A stretch of 64,000 nt of DNA, taken from NCBI GenBank assembly GCA_963727805.1, contig CAVSHF010000003.1, positions 96,001 to 160,000 of the forward strand, in the 5' to 3' direction. The position numbers were made by a program, and so were the translations under genes. The notes below the pieces were generated by a model. It searched no databases, was not told the DNA's origin, and saw only the letters and a list, made by a program, of their open reading frames with translations. The DNA is from an uncultured Nitrospiraceae bacterium. GTDB taxonomy: Bacteria; Nitrospirota; Thermodesulfovibrionia; Thermodesulfovibrionales; Dissulfurispiraceae. This document shows positions 51,932-62,020 of the stretch, piece by piece; within the stretch, counting starts at the first letter, position 1; the number at the start of each line of letters is the position of its first letter.

Positions 51932-52893
51932 TTCAGTTTCCTGCCTAGCCTAGAAAAAAGCTTCCAGACCCCTTCGGGGTAGTACATGGAAATCAGCGTG
52001 ATCAATAACCCGTATATCAGCATGTCCACGCCTGTTCCCTTGTACCCAAGGGTAACACGGGTGTATTCTGATGCAGGTATCAAAATAGCCGCTCCGATCA
52101 CTGGACCCATTATACTGCCCGCCCCTCCAAGCATCGAAATGAGAACAATCTGGATAGACGTAGCGAGAAGCATGACGCTCCCGGGATCGATGTAAAGAAT
52201 ATATTGAGCGTAAAATGTGCCGGCCATGGCACTCAGAAAAGCGCTTATCATAATAGCCATGAGACGGTACAAAACAACATTAACACCCAGGACTTCCGCA
52301 ATTTTATGACTCTCCTTGATAGCGCGGAAATAGTAGCCCATTTTAGAGGTGGCTATGAAATAACAAACAGCCAGGGAAACTAGAAGAAAGGCAAGCATGA
52401 TATAGTAATAAGGAAGTTTTGAAGAGTTGAACAGGAAATTAGCGAAGGACTCGTCCTGCATGGGCAAGGACAGTCCTTCTGCAGCACCCACTATTTGCCA
52501 GTTGTTGAAGACAATCCTGACTATTTCTGCAAATGCAATACTAGCTATCGCAAAATAGTGGCCCCTTAGGTTGGAACAGGGATATCCGATACCTGCCGCC
52601 ACCAAAGCAGCGGCGCAGCCCCCTGCGATGAGTCCTATCCACGGGTTAACCCCATGGGCGATCGACAAATAGGAAGAAGTATAAGCGCCTATGCCGAAAA
52701 AAGCCGCCTGCCCGAAAGAAAACATACCGGCATAGCCGCCCATGATGTTCCACGCGACTCCCAGCATGCCAAACATGTACACGAGGATCATTACATGAAT
52801 ATGAAAGGACTCGCGGACAACGAGAGGAAACACAATGAGCAGCAAAAGTACGACGACTCCCGCAATACTTTGTCGACTTGCGAATTTGCGCAT
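51928..52893 (-). CDS. LivM-like ABC permease
   Basis: GYAGMFSFGQAAFFGIGAY, LRGHYFAI. Confidence 0.92.
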   Translation of the reverse strand: MRKFASRQSIAGVVVLLLLIVFPLVVRESFHIHVMILVYMFGMLGVAWNIMGGYAGMFSFGQAAFFGIGAYTSSYLSIAHGVNPWIGLIAGGCAAALVAAGIGYPCSNLRGHYFAIASIAFAEIVRIVFNNWQIVGAAEGLSLPMQDESFANFLFNSSKLPYYYIMLAFLLVSLAVCYFIATSKMGYYFRAIKESHKIAEVLGVNVVLYRLMAIMISAFLSAMAGTFYAQYILYIDPGSVMLLATSIQIVLISMLGGAGSIMGPVIGAAILIPASEYTRVTLGYKGTGVDMLIYGLLITLISMYYPEGVWKLFSRLGRKLK

Positions 52894-52896
52894 GCG

Positions 52897-53757
52897 TTAC
52901 CAGCCCAGCAGACCCTGCGGCCTTATCCAGATTGTTATGAGATATATCATGAAAACAATGGCGTATTTATAAGATGGGTCAAAGAAAAAGCCGCCTAATG
53001 TCTGAGCCAAACCCACGAGTATTCCGGCAATAAATGCCCCCTCAATGCTGCCGAACCCGCCGAGTGCCACGACACAAAAAGCGATAGTCCCAAACAAGCC
53101 TCCTACCTGAGGATAAACGTAGTAATACGTGGAAAGGAAGCCCCCTGCCATTCCGACAAGGGCCGCACCAATTCCGAAAGAGAGCGAGTTGATGCGCTCG
53201 GTATTAATCCCCATGAGAAGGGCCGCCTCGCGGTCCATCTCCGTTGCCAGAATCGCCTTGCCGGTTCTTGTCCTCTGCAGGAAAAAAAACATGCAGACAG
53301 AGGCGATTACGCTGCCGACGGAGGCTGCAACTTTAGGGATGCTCAGGGCTATGCCTCCGATGTGCCACGTACCTTGTAGTATTGTGGCAGGCAAAAGCCG
53401 AAAATCAGGAGTCCAGAAATAAACGGCCAGATTGGAGATAAAGATACTCACTCCGAAGGTCACTACCAACTGGGCCAGCATGGGACCCCGCATCACCTTG
53501 CTTACAATGAAGCGGTAAATCAGCAAGCCCATGATAAACATGCCTACAAAACATATTGGAATGGAAAAGATCGGGTCGATGCCGTATAAGGTAAAGAGCC
53601 AGAAGGAGGTAAACATGCCAAGCATCAGGAATTCGCCGTGGGCGAAATTCACGATATTCATGACACCCCAGATAAGCGTCAAGCCTATGGCGATCAGTGA
53701 ATACATCAAGCCGATTAATAAACCATCGGCAAGCTGCTGAAGCAATTGATCAGGCAT
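52897..53757 (-). CDS. LivH-like ABC permease
   Basis: IGLTLIWGVMNIVNFAHGE, LGGFGS, RPQGL. Confidence 0.92.
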   Translation of the reverse strand: MPDQLLQQLADGLLIGLMYSLIAIGLTLIWGVMNIVNFAHGEFLMLGMFTSFWLFTLYGIDPIFSIPICFVGMFIMGLLIYRFIVSKVMRGPMLAQLVVTFGVSIFISNLAVYFWTPDFRLLPATILQGTWHIGGIALSIPKVAASVGSVIASVCMFFFLQRTRTGKAILATEMDREAALLMGINTERINSLSFGIGAALVGMAGGFLSTYYYVYPQVGGLFGTIAFCVVALGGFGSIEGAFIAGILVGLAQTLGGFFFDPSYKYAIVFMIYLITIWIRPQGLLGW

Positions 53758-53772
53758 GGAGCCGTTCCGCTC

Positions 53773-55098
53773 CTACTTTCTTCCTTCCCATGCAGGAAAC
53801 GGCCAGACTACCGCCTTCGAAGCTGAATCAAAAGGCCAAATCGTTACATATTCCTGATTGAGTATCTGCACAAGCGTTCCCCGCGCGTAGATGTTCTGGT
53901 GTGATTGCGGGTCGAACTTGATTCCCTTCCATGGGTAGATAGTGTGGTTGCCGGGGATATCAGTATCTTGCAGAGCTTTCACGATGGCTTCCGGAGCTGT
54001 GGACTTCGCCCGGTTGATGGCCTCGGCAAGGACAAATGGGGCCATAAAGCTCCGGGCGGCATTTTCACTCATGTCTATGCCATATTTCTTTCTGAAAAGT
54101 TCGTTGACCTTGGCCACGAGTGGTTTTTTCTTGGCAAGATCGAGCGCAAAAGTCGACCGGACAATCATGTAGTTGCCATCAGCTTTTATTGCCGCCAGGT
54201 AGCCCGGCTCGATATAACCCGCCATAGTCATAATGCCTTTAGGTTGAAAGCCTTTTTCCTTAAAAGTTCTGGTAAAGAGAATGGCATCTGTCACATACGA
54301 AGCATGCATCAGCACGTCCGGCTTGCTTACGATTAGCTTGCTCACCTCGCTGGACACGTCTGTTGCGTTGGCTGGGTAAGCTATATCAGCAACAACTTTA
54401 TAGCCGAATTCGGCGGCATATTTTTTGTATGCCTTGCCGGCATTGGAGCCGAATTCAGTATTTTCGTAAAGGACAGCGACATTATGAACCGCCTGTCCGG
54501 TCTTCTTTTCAAGGTCCTTCAGGAACTGGAACTGGTCCCGGGCAAAAATATCGTCGTGGGGGCTAACCCTGAAAAAGTACTTGTATCCCCTTTCCGTAAG
54601 TGTAGGAGATGAAGAATCGGAGCATACGTATGGAATTCTCAGCCTTTCGGTAATCTGGCTGGCAGTTTTCGTTACGGCACTCTGGTAGGCCCCGATCATG
54701 GCAACTACCTTTTCCGAGGTGATCAGCCTTTCGGCCTCGGACATGCCGTTTTTCGGGTCCCCTTTGGTATCGGCATATACAATTTCGATTTTTGCACCAC
54801 CCAAGTTCGGCAGCCCCGCACTCTCCGCCAAGGGAAGATCAAGACTGTATTTCCCGTTAATAATATCCACCGCCAGATCGACTCCCCTCCTGCAATCCAG
54901 ACCAGTTGAGGCGATATTGCCAGTCAGGGGATAGACTGCGCCGATTTTGATGACCTGCTGCTGTGATTGCGCGGAAACGGAAAAAACTAAGATCAGCAAC
55001 AACGATAATGCGACGGACAAAACTCTGATAGACTTATTCGATGCCATCACACTCTTCCTCCTACTCGTATTTTTCATTTCCAACCCTATACGTTTCAC
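53773..55098 (-). CDS. Liv/HAAT-type ABC substrate-binding protein
   Basis: Signal peptide, IKIGAVYPLTG, IGAYQS, LTERG..YFFR. The true start is probably 20-50 nt downstream. Confidence 0.9.
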   Translation of the reverse strand: MKRIGLEMKNTSRRKSVMASNKSIRVLSVALSLLLILVFSVSAQSQQQVIKIGAVYPLTGNIASTGLDCRRGVDLAVDIINGKYSLDLPLAESAGLPNLGGAKIEIVYADTKGDPKNGMSEAERLITSEKVVAMIGAYQSAVTKTASQITERLRIPYVCSDSSSPTLTERGYKYFFRVSPHDDIFARDQFQFLKDLEKKTGQAVHNVAVLYENTEFGSNAGKAYKKYAAEFGYKVVADIAYPANATDVSSEVSKLIVSKPDVLMHASYVTDAILFTRTFKEKGFQPKGIMTMAGYIEPGYLAAIKADGNYMIVRSTFALDLAKKKPLVAKVNELFRKKYGIDMSENAARSFMAPFVLAEAINRAKSTAPEAIVKALQDTDIPGNHTIYPWKGIKFDPQSHQNIYARGTLVQILNQEYVTIWPFDSASKAVVWPFPAWEGRK

Positions 55099-55516
55099 AG
55101 GATTTTGGCAGAAATAGTTGAACTGTCTCGAACAGAGAAATTAAAAGGTTGCCTACTGTCGGAATCTCTTTCATCGATAAGAAAATAACAATAAACGCAT
55201 CAAAATACAATGGCGTGAATTAACAAAACTGGACAGATTATGGGGTTGCCAAAGTTCCGCACGAGTAACACTAATGGGTTAGACCCTGCCCGTCATCCGA
55301 TAGCTGTCATGTCCCTGCCCCCATTTTAGAGGAGATTAACCGGCTATTTACCTTTAGGATCTGTAGCCAGGGTTCAGTAATAAACTCCTGATTGCAGGCA
55401 TGACTCGATGCCTCTTGTTCACTGAGTCCCTCCGTGGGTCAGTGGAAACTTTTCCCGGTTGACAAAGAACAACACAATGATAACATTGAAGTATACCAAT
55501 TTAGAAAGGACAATAA

Positions 55517-56356
55517 ATGATGATAATTTCAGTGTTAGGGTTAGGCATTATCGGAAGCGCCTGGGCGAAAAATCTGATCTCAGATGGCCATGCCGTGCGA
55601 TGCTGGAACCGGACGCCTAAAGATTTCCCCAACTTTTACGCATCCATTCAGGAAGCGGTAGAAGGAGCGAAGGTGATCTTTATCGTCGTCGCCGATCCTC
55701 CGGCAGTGCAGTCCGTTCTGGATAAGATTCAACCCAAGCTTGGCAGCGGAGTATTGGTGATCCAATCAAGCACAATTTCCGCCAAATGGACTCGACTCTT
55801 TGCCGAACAGGTGCAGCGGACAGGCGCATTGTTTTTAGAAGCGCCCTTCACAGGAAGCAAACTTGCAGCGGAGCGGCGTCAAACCGTTTATTATCTGGGT
55901 GGTGTACCGGAAGTCGTCGATAAGGCGCGCCCAGTTCTCGAACCTATATCTAGTGCCATCCTCCATATCGGACCGCTAGGTTCCGCCAGTTCGCTGAAGC
56001 TTGCGATGAACTTGAACATTGCCGGCGTCGCCCAAGCTTTGTGCGAGAGCCTGTCTTTGTGCCGGGCGGCGGGAATCCCAGATGAAGTCTATTTCAATGC
56101 ACTTGCGCGAAATGCTTCCCGTTCGGGAGTTTCGGATCTCAAAGAACCTAAGCTGCGTCAGCGCGATTACACCCCGCAGTTTTCACTCAAGCACATGGCG
56201 AAAGATCTTCGCCTGGCATTGGAGACCGCTGCCGATCTCGCATTGTCACTCGAACAAACCGGACATCTTAAAAAAATCTACGACCAGGGAATGTCAGCCG
56301 GGTGGGCGGATGATGACTTCATCGGACTCATGCGGCTCCTGGATGAAAAACCATGA
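55517..56356 (+). CDS. Beta-hydroxyacid dehydrogenase family (tartronate semialdehyde/glyoxylate reductase-like)
   Basis: GLGIIG, WNRT, LEAPFTGS, catalytic KLAMN, FSLKHMAKDL. Confidence 0.88.
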   Translation: MMIISVLGLGIIGSAWAKNLISDGHAVRCWNRTPKDFPNFYASIQEAVEGAKVIFIVVADPPAVQSVLDKIQPKLGSGVLVIQSSTISAKWTRLFAEQVQRTGALFLEAPFTGSKLAAERRQTVYYLGGVPEVVDKARPVLEPISSAILHIGPLGSASSLKLAMNLNIAGVAQALCESLSLCRAAGIPDEVYFNALARNASRSGVSDLKEPKLRQRDYTPQFSLKHMAKDLRLALETAADLALSLEQTGHLKKIYDQGMSAGWADDDFIGLMRLLDEKP

Positions 56357-56670
56357 GGTTTGATTTATGTCTGCCTAAGGGTAGCACGGATATAATGGGT
56401 AGGGCTTGCATTACTGCCCTTCAGTTGCAAAGCCAAGATTCATAGAGTGAAAATAAAGAGTACATTTCAGGTACTGTAAACACTGAGAAATATTAACGGC
56501 ATTCCTCATTACCGTATGGGCTCACAAGTCTGCGAACTGCAAATGGAAATGATTATATTGCAACGCAATAGGAACTCGTTATACAGTTACTAATGGAGTT
56601 GAAAATAGTGCCTCCTACGTGCACTATAATAGAGACGATTAATCCAAATAAAAGTTTAATGGAGGCGATC

Positions 56671-57069
56671 ATGGCAACAGCGAAGAAGTCTAAGCAGCTG
56701 AGCATCGAGATGCCGAACAGAGTGGGATTGCTCGCGGCAGTCGGTACCACACTTTCAAAGGCTAAGGTCAACATCGAAGCCCTCTGCGCATACGAGATGG
56801 CAGGCACGGCCTATTTCATGCTGATTATTACCGAGCCGGCGAAGGGAAAGAAGGCGCTTGCAACTCTGGGCGGCAACATAACCCTCGACGATGTGATCAC
56901 CGTCGAGATCCCAAACAAGAGAGGAGCGATCGAAAAAGTCGCCGGGAAGATCGCGGAAGTCGGGATCGACATCGTATACATATACGGCACCGCAGGCAAC
57001 TGCAGGAACCCTCTTTGCGTCATAAAGACGACCGATGACAAGAAGGCTTTGAAGGCCCTTAACAAGTAG
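56671..57069 (+). CDS. Tandem ACT-domain protein
   Basis: PNRVGLL..VNIEAL; PNKRGA..IDIVYIYG. GGAGG RBS. Confidence 0.88.
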   Translation: MATAKKSKQLSIEMPNRVGLLAAVGTTLSKAKVNIEALCAYEMAGTAYFMLIITEPAKGKKALATLGGNITLDDVITVEIPNKRGAIEKVAGKIAEVGIDIVYIYGTAGNCRNPLCVIKTTDDKKALKALNK

Positions 57070-57210
57070 GACTCTATACTGCTGTTAAGGCATTATCTTG
57101 ACGGCAAGACGGAGAGGATTACCGGTGGTGCTGGTAGAAAAGGTGATAATCGCGATGCCTCGACGGGTTGAGCGGCCTAATGGCCGTATCCCTGCGAAGG
57201 CATATGACTA

Positions 57211-57495
57211 TCAGCTCAGGTGTTTATTGACTAATTTTGTCATCTCAAACATCGAGACCTGGTGCTTCCCGTCGAATACGGCCAAAAGATTCTCATCTGC
57301 ATTGATATTTCTCTTGTTCTTTGCATCCTGAAGATTATTTTTCTTTATATATTCCCAGAGCTTCTTGGTTATAACTGTCCTTGGAAGTGGCTCATTACCC
57401 ACTATCTTTGCCAACGCCTCACTCGGCTTCATAGCCTTCATAAATGCCGGATTAGGGGCTCTATATTTTGAATCTTTCCTTTCCGATTCTTTCAT
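57211..57495 (-). CDS. SWIB/MDM2 domain protein
   Basis: PSEALAKIVG..PRT..KKLWEYIKKNNLQD...VSMFEMTK. Confidence 0.92.
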   Translation of the reverse strand: MKESERKDSKYRAPNPAFMKAMKPSEALAKIVGNEPLPRTVITKKLWEYIKKNNLQDAKNKRNINADENLLAVFDGKHQVSMFEMTKLVNKHLS

Positions 57496-57697
57496 TATTA
57501 TTCTCCTTATGTTTGTAGATTTAACGTCTGAATTCCTTTATTTCAGAACGTAGGTCTTCTAAAAGTATACACAAATCCAGCCCAAAAGTGAGATATTCTA
57601 TATTGAGCGGGCAGAACGTATTCGATCAGTGCTAGATCGGAAGCGTAAGGTTCTCCTGTCTGTCCCCGGCGAGAGATCGCAGCCGACCCTCAGACTG

Positions 57698-57823
57698 GAC
57701 TACGCTTAGTTTACTATTCTGCCTCTGTAACAATTAACGCTTGTATCTCGCAGAGCGTGAATTATCCTCCGTCGTATCAATTTCTGTGCGAATCTGTCGC
57801 CGAAATGACAACACCTGAGAGTC
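57698..57823. repeat. 126-bp repeat, inverted relative to 46637-46762
   Basis: 121/126 identical. Confidence 0.92.
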
Positions 57824-58123
57824 TTCAGTGGTGGTAGAAACACAAATTTGATGGTTACTGAAATAATATGACAATTCCGTGCACTCGACGGCCGAGATAT
57901 CCTTCCCGTGAGTCACACAAACAGAACATGATATAATTATCAGTAGGAAAAGTAGTAACAGGAGGAGTGTTATCCAGATGATGAATACCATGAACGAAAT
58001 ATTAGACTACAAATATCCGCGAATGCGCCTTTGACACCAGCAATGCCTGAGCGACGCATTAGATTGACGCCGAATGAAACATATTCGTCACGACGATAAA
58101 ATTCTCGATTAACGGAGGTGGTT

Positions 58124-59152
58124 ATGCCGGTAGCTGATTACAAGATCTATTGTCAGATGCTCGATAGGGCGCGGGGGCAACACTTTGCCTACCCCGCCAT
58201 CAACGTGACATCGCTCACGACTGCAAATGCTGTTCTCGAGGGCCTTGCCGAAAGCAAGAGCGACGGCATCATCCAGGTCTCGACTGGCGGCGGAGCCTTT
58301 GCGTCGGGATCTTCCTTAAAGGACATGGCTCTTGGGGCAATCTCGATTGCCGAACATGTGCATCGCGCGGCGGAACGCTATCCGGTCTATGTCGCCCTCC
58401 ATACAGACCACTGTCAGGCGGACAAACTGGACAAGTTTGTCATTCCTCTTGTGGAGGAGACCGAAAGGCGGAGGGCAGCGGGCAGGTCTAACCTCTTCAA
58501 CAGCCATATGTTCGATGGAAGCGCCCTGCCGCTCAAAGAGAACCTCGATATTTCAATCAAGCTACTGGAACGCTTCCATAGAAATGAACTCATCCTCGAG
58601 ATCGAAGCCGGGGTTGTCGGCGGAGAGGAGGACGGCGTGAAGGGTGAGGCAGGTGTGAAGCTCTACACGACATCTGAGGACACCCTTGAGGTTGCTCGGC
58701 AGTTGAATGCCATCAAGGGCGCTCGGTATCTCCTTGCTGCGACTTTCGGCAATGTCCATGGCGTCTACAAGCCCGGCCACGTCAAGCTTAAGCCCTCAAT
58801 CCTGAAGGACTGCCAGGATGCCGTTGCGAAGGAGTACGGTGAAAAGGCGCGTTTTTATCTTGTCTTTCACGGCGGCTCAGGCTCGGAACTGCGAGACATT
58901 CATGAGGCGATCGATTACGGTGTCGTCAAGATGAATGTGGACACCGACACCCAGTATGCCTTCACCCGTTTGATCGCTAACCATATGCTGAAGAACTACA
59001 ATGGCGTTCTTAAGGTGGATGGAGAGATGGGGGACAAGAAGGCCTATGATCCCCGAACATACCTCGCCCTGGCCGAATCTGCCATGGCAGAGCGGGTCAA
59101 ACAGGCGGTGAGCGATCTACGGGCTGTCGGAACCACTATGTTTAAAAAATAG
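58124..59152 (+). CDS. fbaA: Fructose-bisphosphate aldolase class II
   Basis: ALHTDHC, SHMFDGS, GGEEDG, FGNVHGVYKPG, VFHGGSG, KMNVDTD. Confidence 0.95.
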   Translation: MPVADYKIYCQMLDRARGQHFAYPAINVTSLTTANAVLEGLAESKSDGIIQVSTGGGAFASGSSLKDMALGAISIAEHVHRAAERYPVYVALHTDHCQADKLDKFVIPLVEETERRRAAGRSNLFNSHMFDGSALPLKENLDISIKLLERFHRNELILEIEAGVVGGEEDGVKGEAGVKLYTTSEDTLEVARQLNAIKGARYLLAATFGNVHGVYKPGHVKLKPSILKDCQDAVAKEYGEKARFYLVFHGGSGSELRDIHEAIDYGVVKMNVDTDTQYAFTRLIANHMLKNYNGVLKVDGEMGDKKAYDPRTYLALAESAMAERVKQAVSDLRAVGTTMFKK

Positions 59153-59559
59153 TACAACTCATATGGATAACAGATCTCTATTTCACGATTCATCTTCTCC
59201 GCAGTTAAAGATTGCGTATGTGGGGTACTATCGGAAATATAGTTCCCTTGGATGTTAACTGCTTCTAATCGTCTGCACTCGAGAAACATAATAAAAAAAA
59301 CCAAGATATTCACTTGGACCAAGGACGCAGACACATCTTTGACGAAGTTGAAAAATGTAAAGAACTGTTAGGGACAGGTCACAAGTTGCTGATATGACCC
59401 GTTTTACAGCTATAGCAAGTTGTGGGTGAAGACAGTCGGAATCCAGGCCAGCCCTCTTTACTCATGTCTTGGGAAAGCACATTCTTACCGGTGGGTTGCA
59501 TTACAGCGATCGTTTTGTCCCAAATGAGAGTTTCTCAAAAGATCCGGCTGTCAGAGGTC

Positions 59560-61625
59560 TTATTCCCCAGCACTGAACAACACCACGATTGAATGTGGTT
59601 GTACGAGATACTTACGGGCCTGCACAACCGGCGCGTCATCCCATTCTAGGATGTCCTCCGGCGATTCAAGAAAAGTATCTATGCACCGTCTCCACTGGTT
59701 CGCCGCAGTGGGCGGGATTTCAAACTGAAGAGGTTCTGTATAGGCATGCATCATCACATGGGTCTGCAGGTTCTTTGCACTGTTAAAGGCAGTAAAGGCA
59801 AGACTATGAGAGTATTCTGCCCAATCAGGGTTATCAAGCCTGACGCCATGCCATTTGACCTGTGCCTGAGCAAGAAGTTCGTTCAGGCTCAGGTCGTCAT
59901 CCCCTTCGGGGTTCAGGCGGCGCAGCCTGAAAGCGATCAGTTCTTTAACAAAACGGTGGAGGCCCTTATGCTTGTCACACAGGCTCCAGTCAAACCAGCT
60001 CAGTTCATTGTCCTGGCAGTAGGCATTGTTGTTGCCGAGCTGGGTCCGTCTTGTTTCATCCCCCATCAGAAGCATGGGTGTGCCAAGGGCAATGAGGTTA
60101 AGCGTAAGAAAGTTTTTTATCTGCATACATCGTAACTTCTCAACCCCAGGGTCATCGGTTGGACCTTCAAAGCCGCAGTTCCAGCTCAGGTTATTGTCAT
60201 TGCCATCCCGGTTTCTTTCCCCGTTTGCGAGGTTGTACTTTTCAGAGTACGTAACGAGGTCGTTCAAGGTAAATCCATCATGACAGGTAACGAAATTTAT
60301 GCTCTGCTCTGATTCAAGTTCTTCATGGCCGAATATGTCCGGGCTGGCAAGCAGGCGGGCTGAGAGTTTTGAGACAGAGCCGTCGTCCCCTCTCACGAAG
60401 CTCCTGATATCGTCCCGGAACTTCCCGTTCCATTCCTTCCAGCTGTCGCTTATGAAAGAGCCGAGTTGATAGAGGCCACCCGCGTCCCATGCCTCAGCAA
60501 TAAGTTTTATCCCGGCAAGCACGGGGTCTGTCTCTATATCAAGTAAAAGAGGCGGCTTTGCTAGCGGCCTGCCCTTCTCATCCCGTGAGAGTATAGACGC
60601 CAGGTCAAACCTGAACCCATCCACATGCATTACCTGCACCCAGTAGCGGAGGCTATCAAGGATCATCCTCCTAACGATAGTCTGGTTTGTGTTAAGGGTA
60701 TTGCCGGTCCCGGAATAGTCGGCATAACGTGTCTGATCAGTCTCGAGCATGTAATAGACGCTGTTTTCAAGGCCGCGCCAGCACAGTATAGGCCCTGTAT
60801 GATCGCCCTCGGCAGTGTGATTATAAACCACATCCAAAATGACCTCTATACCTGCCCTGTGCAGGGCCTTTACCATATCGCGGAATTCATTAAACGGCCC
60901 AAGATGGTCCTTCCGTGAGCTGTAACCCCGATGCGGTGCAAAGAATGAGATCGGACAATATCCCCAGTAATTGACAAGCCCCTGGGGGCAGTCCTGTGGG
61001 TCAAACTGGAAGACCGGCAGCAGTTCAACCGCAGTAACACCGAGGTCCTTCAGATACGGGATTTTCTGAGTTATGCCAGCGTATGTCCCCCTTTTTCGGG
61101 CTGAACGCCCGAATTTTGATGCTTGGTAAAGCCTGCGACATGCACCTCGTAGATGACTGTTTTTGAAAAGGGTCTCCTGAGGGGTCTGTCGTTCTCCCAG
61201 TTATAGCCTCGGAGGTCTATAGCGATACTCTTCATCGCCGTGGCACAGTTATCCCCCGGCAGGCTCGCCTTTAAGCGGTCATAGCCATCAGGCACGGCCA
61301 CCGCTTTTGCGTAAGGATCAAGAAGAACCTTTTCAGGGTCGAACCTGAACCCCTTGCTCTGTTCTGAGGGCCCGTATGCTCGGTAACCATATATCTGCCC
61401 GTGTCCGATCCCTCCAACAAACACATGCCAGTAGTGGTAAGTATTGTTAGTTTTCGGACAGAGACGGATGACCTGGGACGGCCTCATGTCATCGGCATTA
61501 TCAAAAAGTAGGAGTTCTATCGCAGTGGCGCTTTTTGAAAAAACGCTGAAGTTGGCTCCGTCAGGATAGACTACGGAGCCAAGCGGATAACTGCTGCCAC
61601 TGGCTGTATTTGCGGGCATATTCAT
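59560..61625 (-). pseudogene. glgX: Glycogen debranching enzyme GlgX, split by a 1-nt frameshift
   Basis: N-terminal part (YPLG..ANFSVFS, LLDPYA, VIYEVHV) and C-terminal part (VELLPV, NYWGY, DVVYNH, DGFRFDLA, EAWD, HDGFTL) lie in different frames, joined at the A5G5 run 61087-61096. Confidence 0.9.
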
Positions 61626-62020
61626 TCAGTCTTTGGATCCTTTTGCAAGCTAATGTTGAAAAGCTCTAATGTTTTTAAAGAGTAACATAAACTGAAATTA
61701 ATTTGCGTCTGCCCATAAGAGTCTCTTGCAAAAGTATGTTTGGTGCTTCCCTTTAGCCCTGACGCTTTAGGAGTGCTATGGGCATTAAGGATAAACTCGA
61801 TATTGTCGCAGTTCAATTGCTGCAACGCGCATGCCGCAATTACTAGGTCTGCAGTGGAAGAGTTTTTCCTGCCTTTCTTGATTCACGGGCGAAGCTTGTT
61901 GACGTCTGCCGGGCAGCCGAAGTCGTCTGCAGGCAAGTACATATTTCTCCTCACTGTATACTTTTCCGGTGTGTGCTACAATAAATTCTACTTGGTAGAT
62001 GCCAAGGGAAATATAGTACT

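Noticed and set aside
57734..57991. 85-aa minus-strand ORF running through the 126-bp repeat
   Set aside because: The other copy has stops in the same frame, and conservation extends past the stop codon, so the repeat is probably non-coding.
61622..61942. RBS-led minus-strand frame with an in-frame TGA (61883-61885) as a selenoprotein
   Set aside because: No redox motif, and the downstream hairpin loop lacks G. STADLVIAACAL looks more like a PIN-domain remnant.
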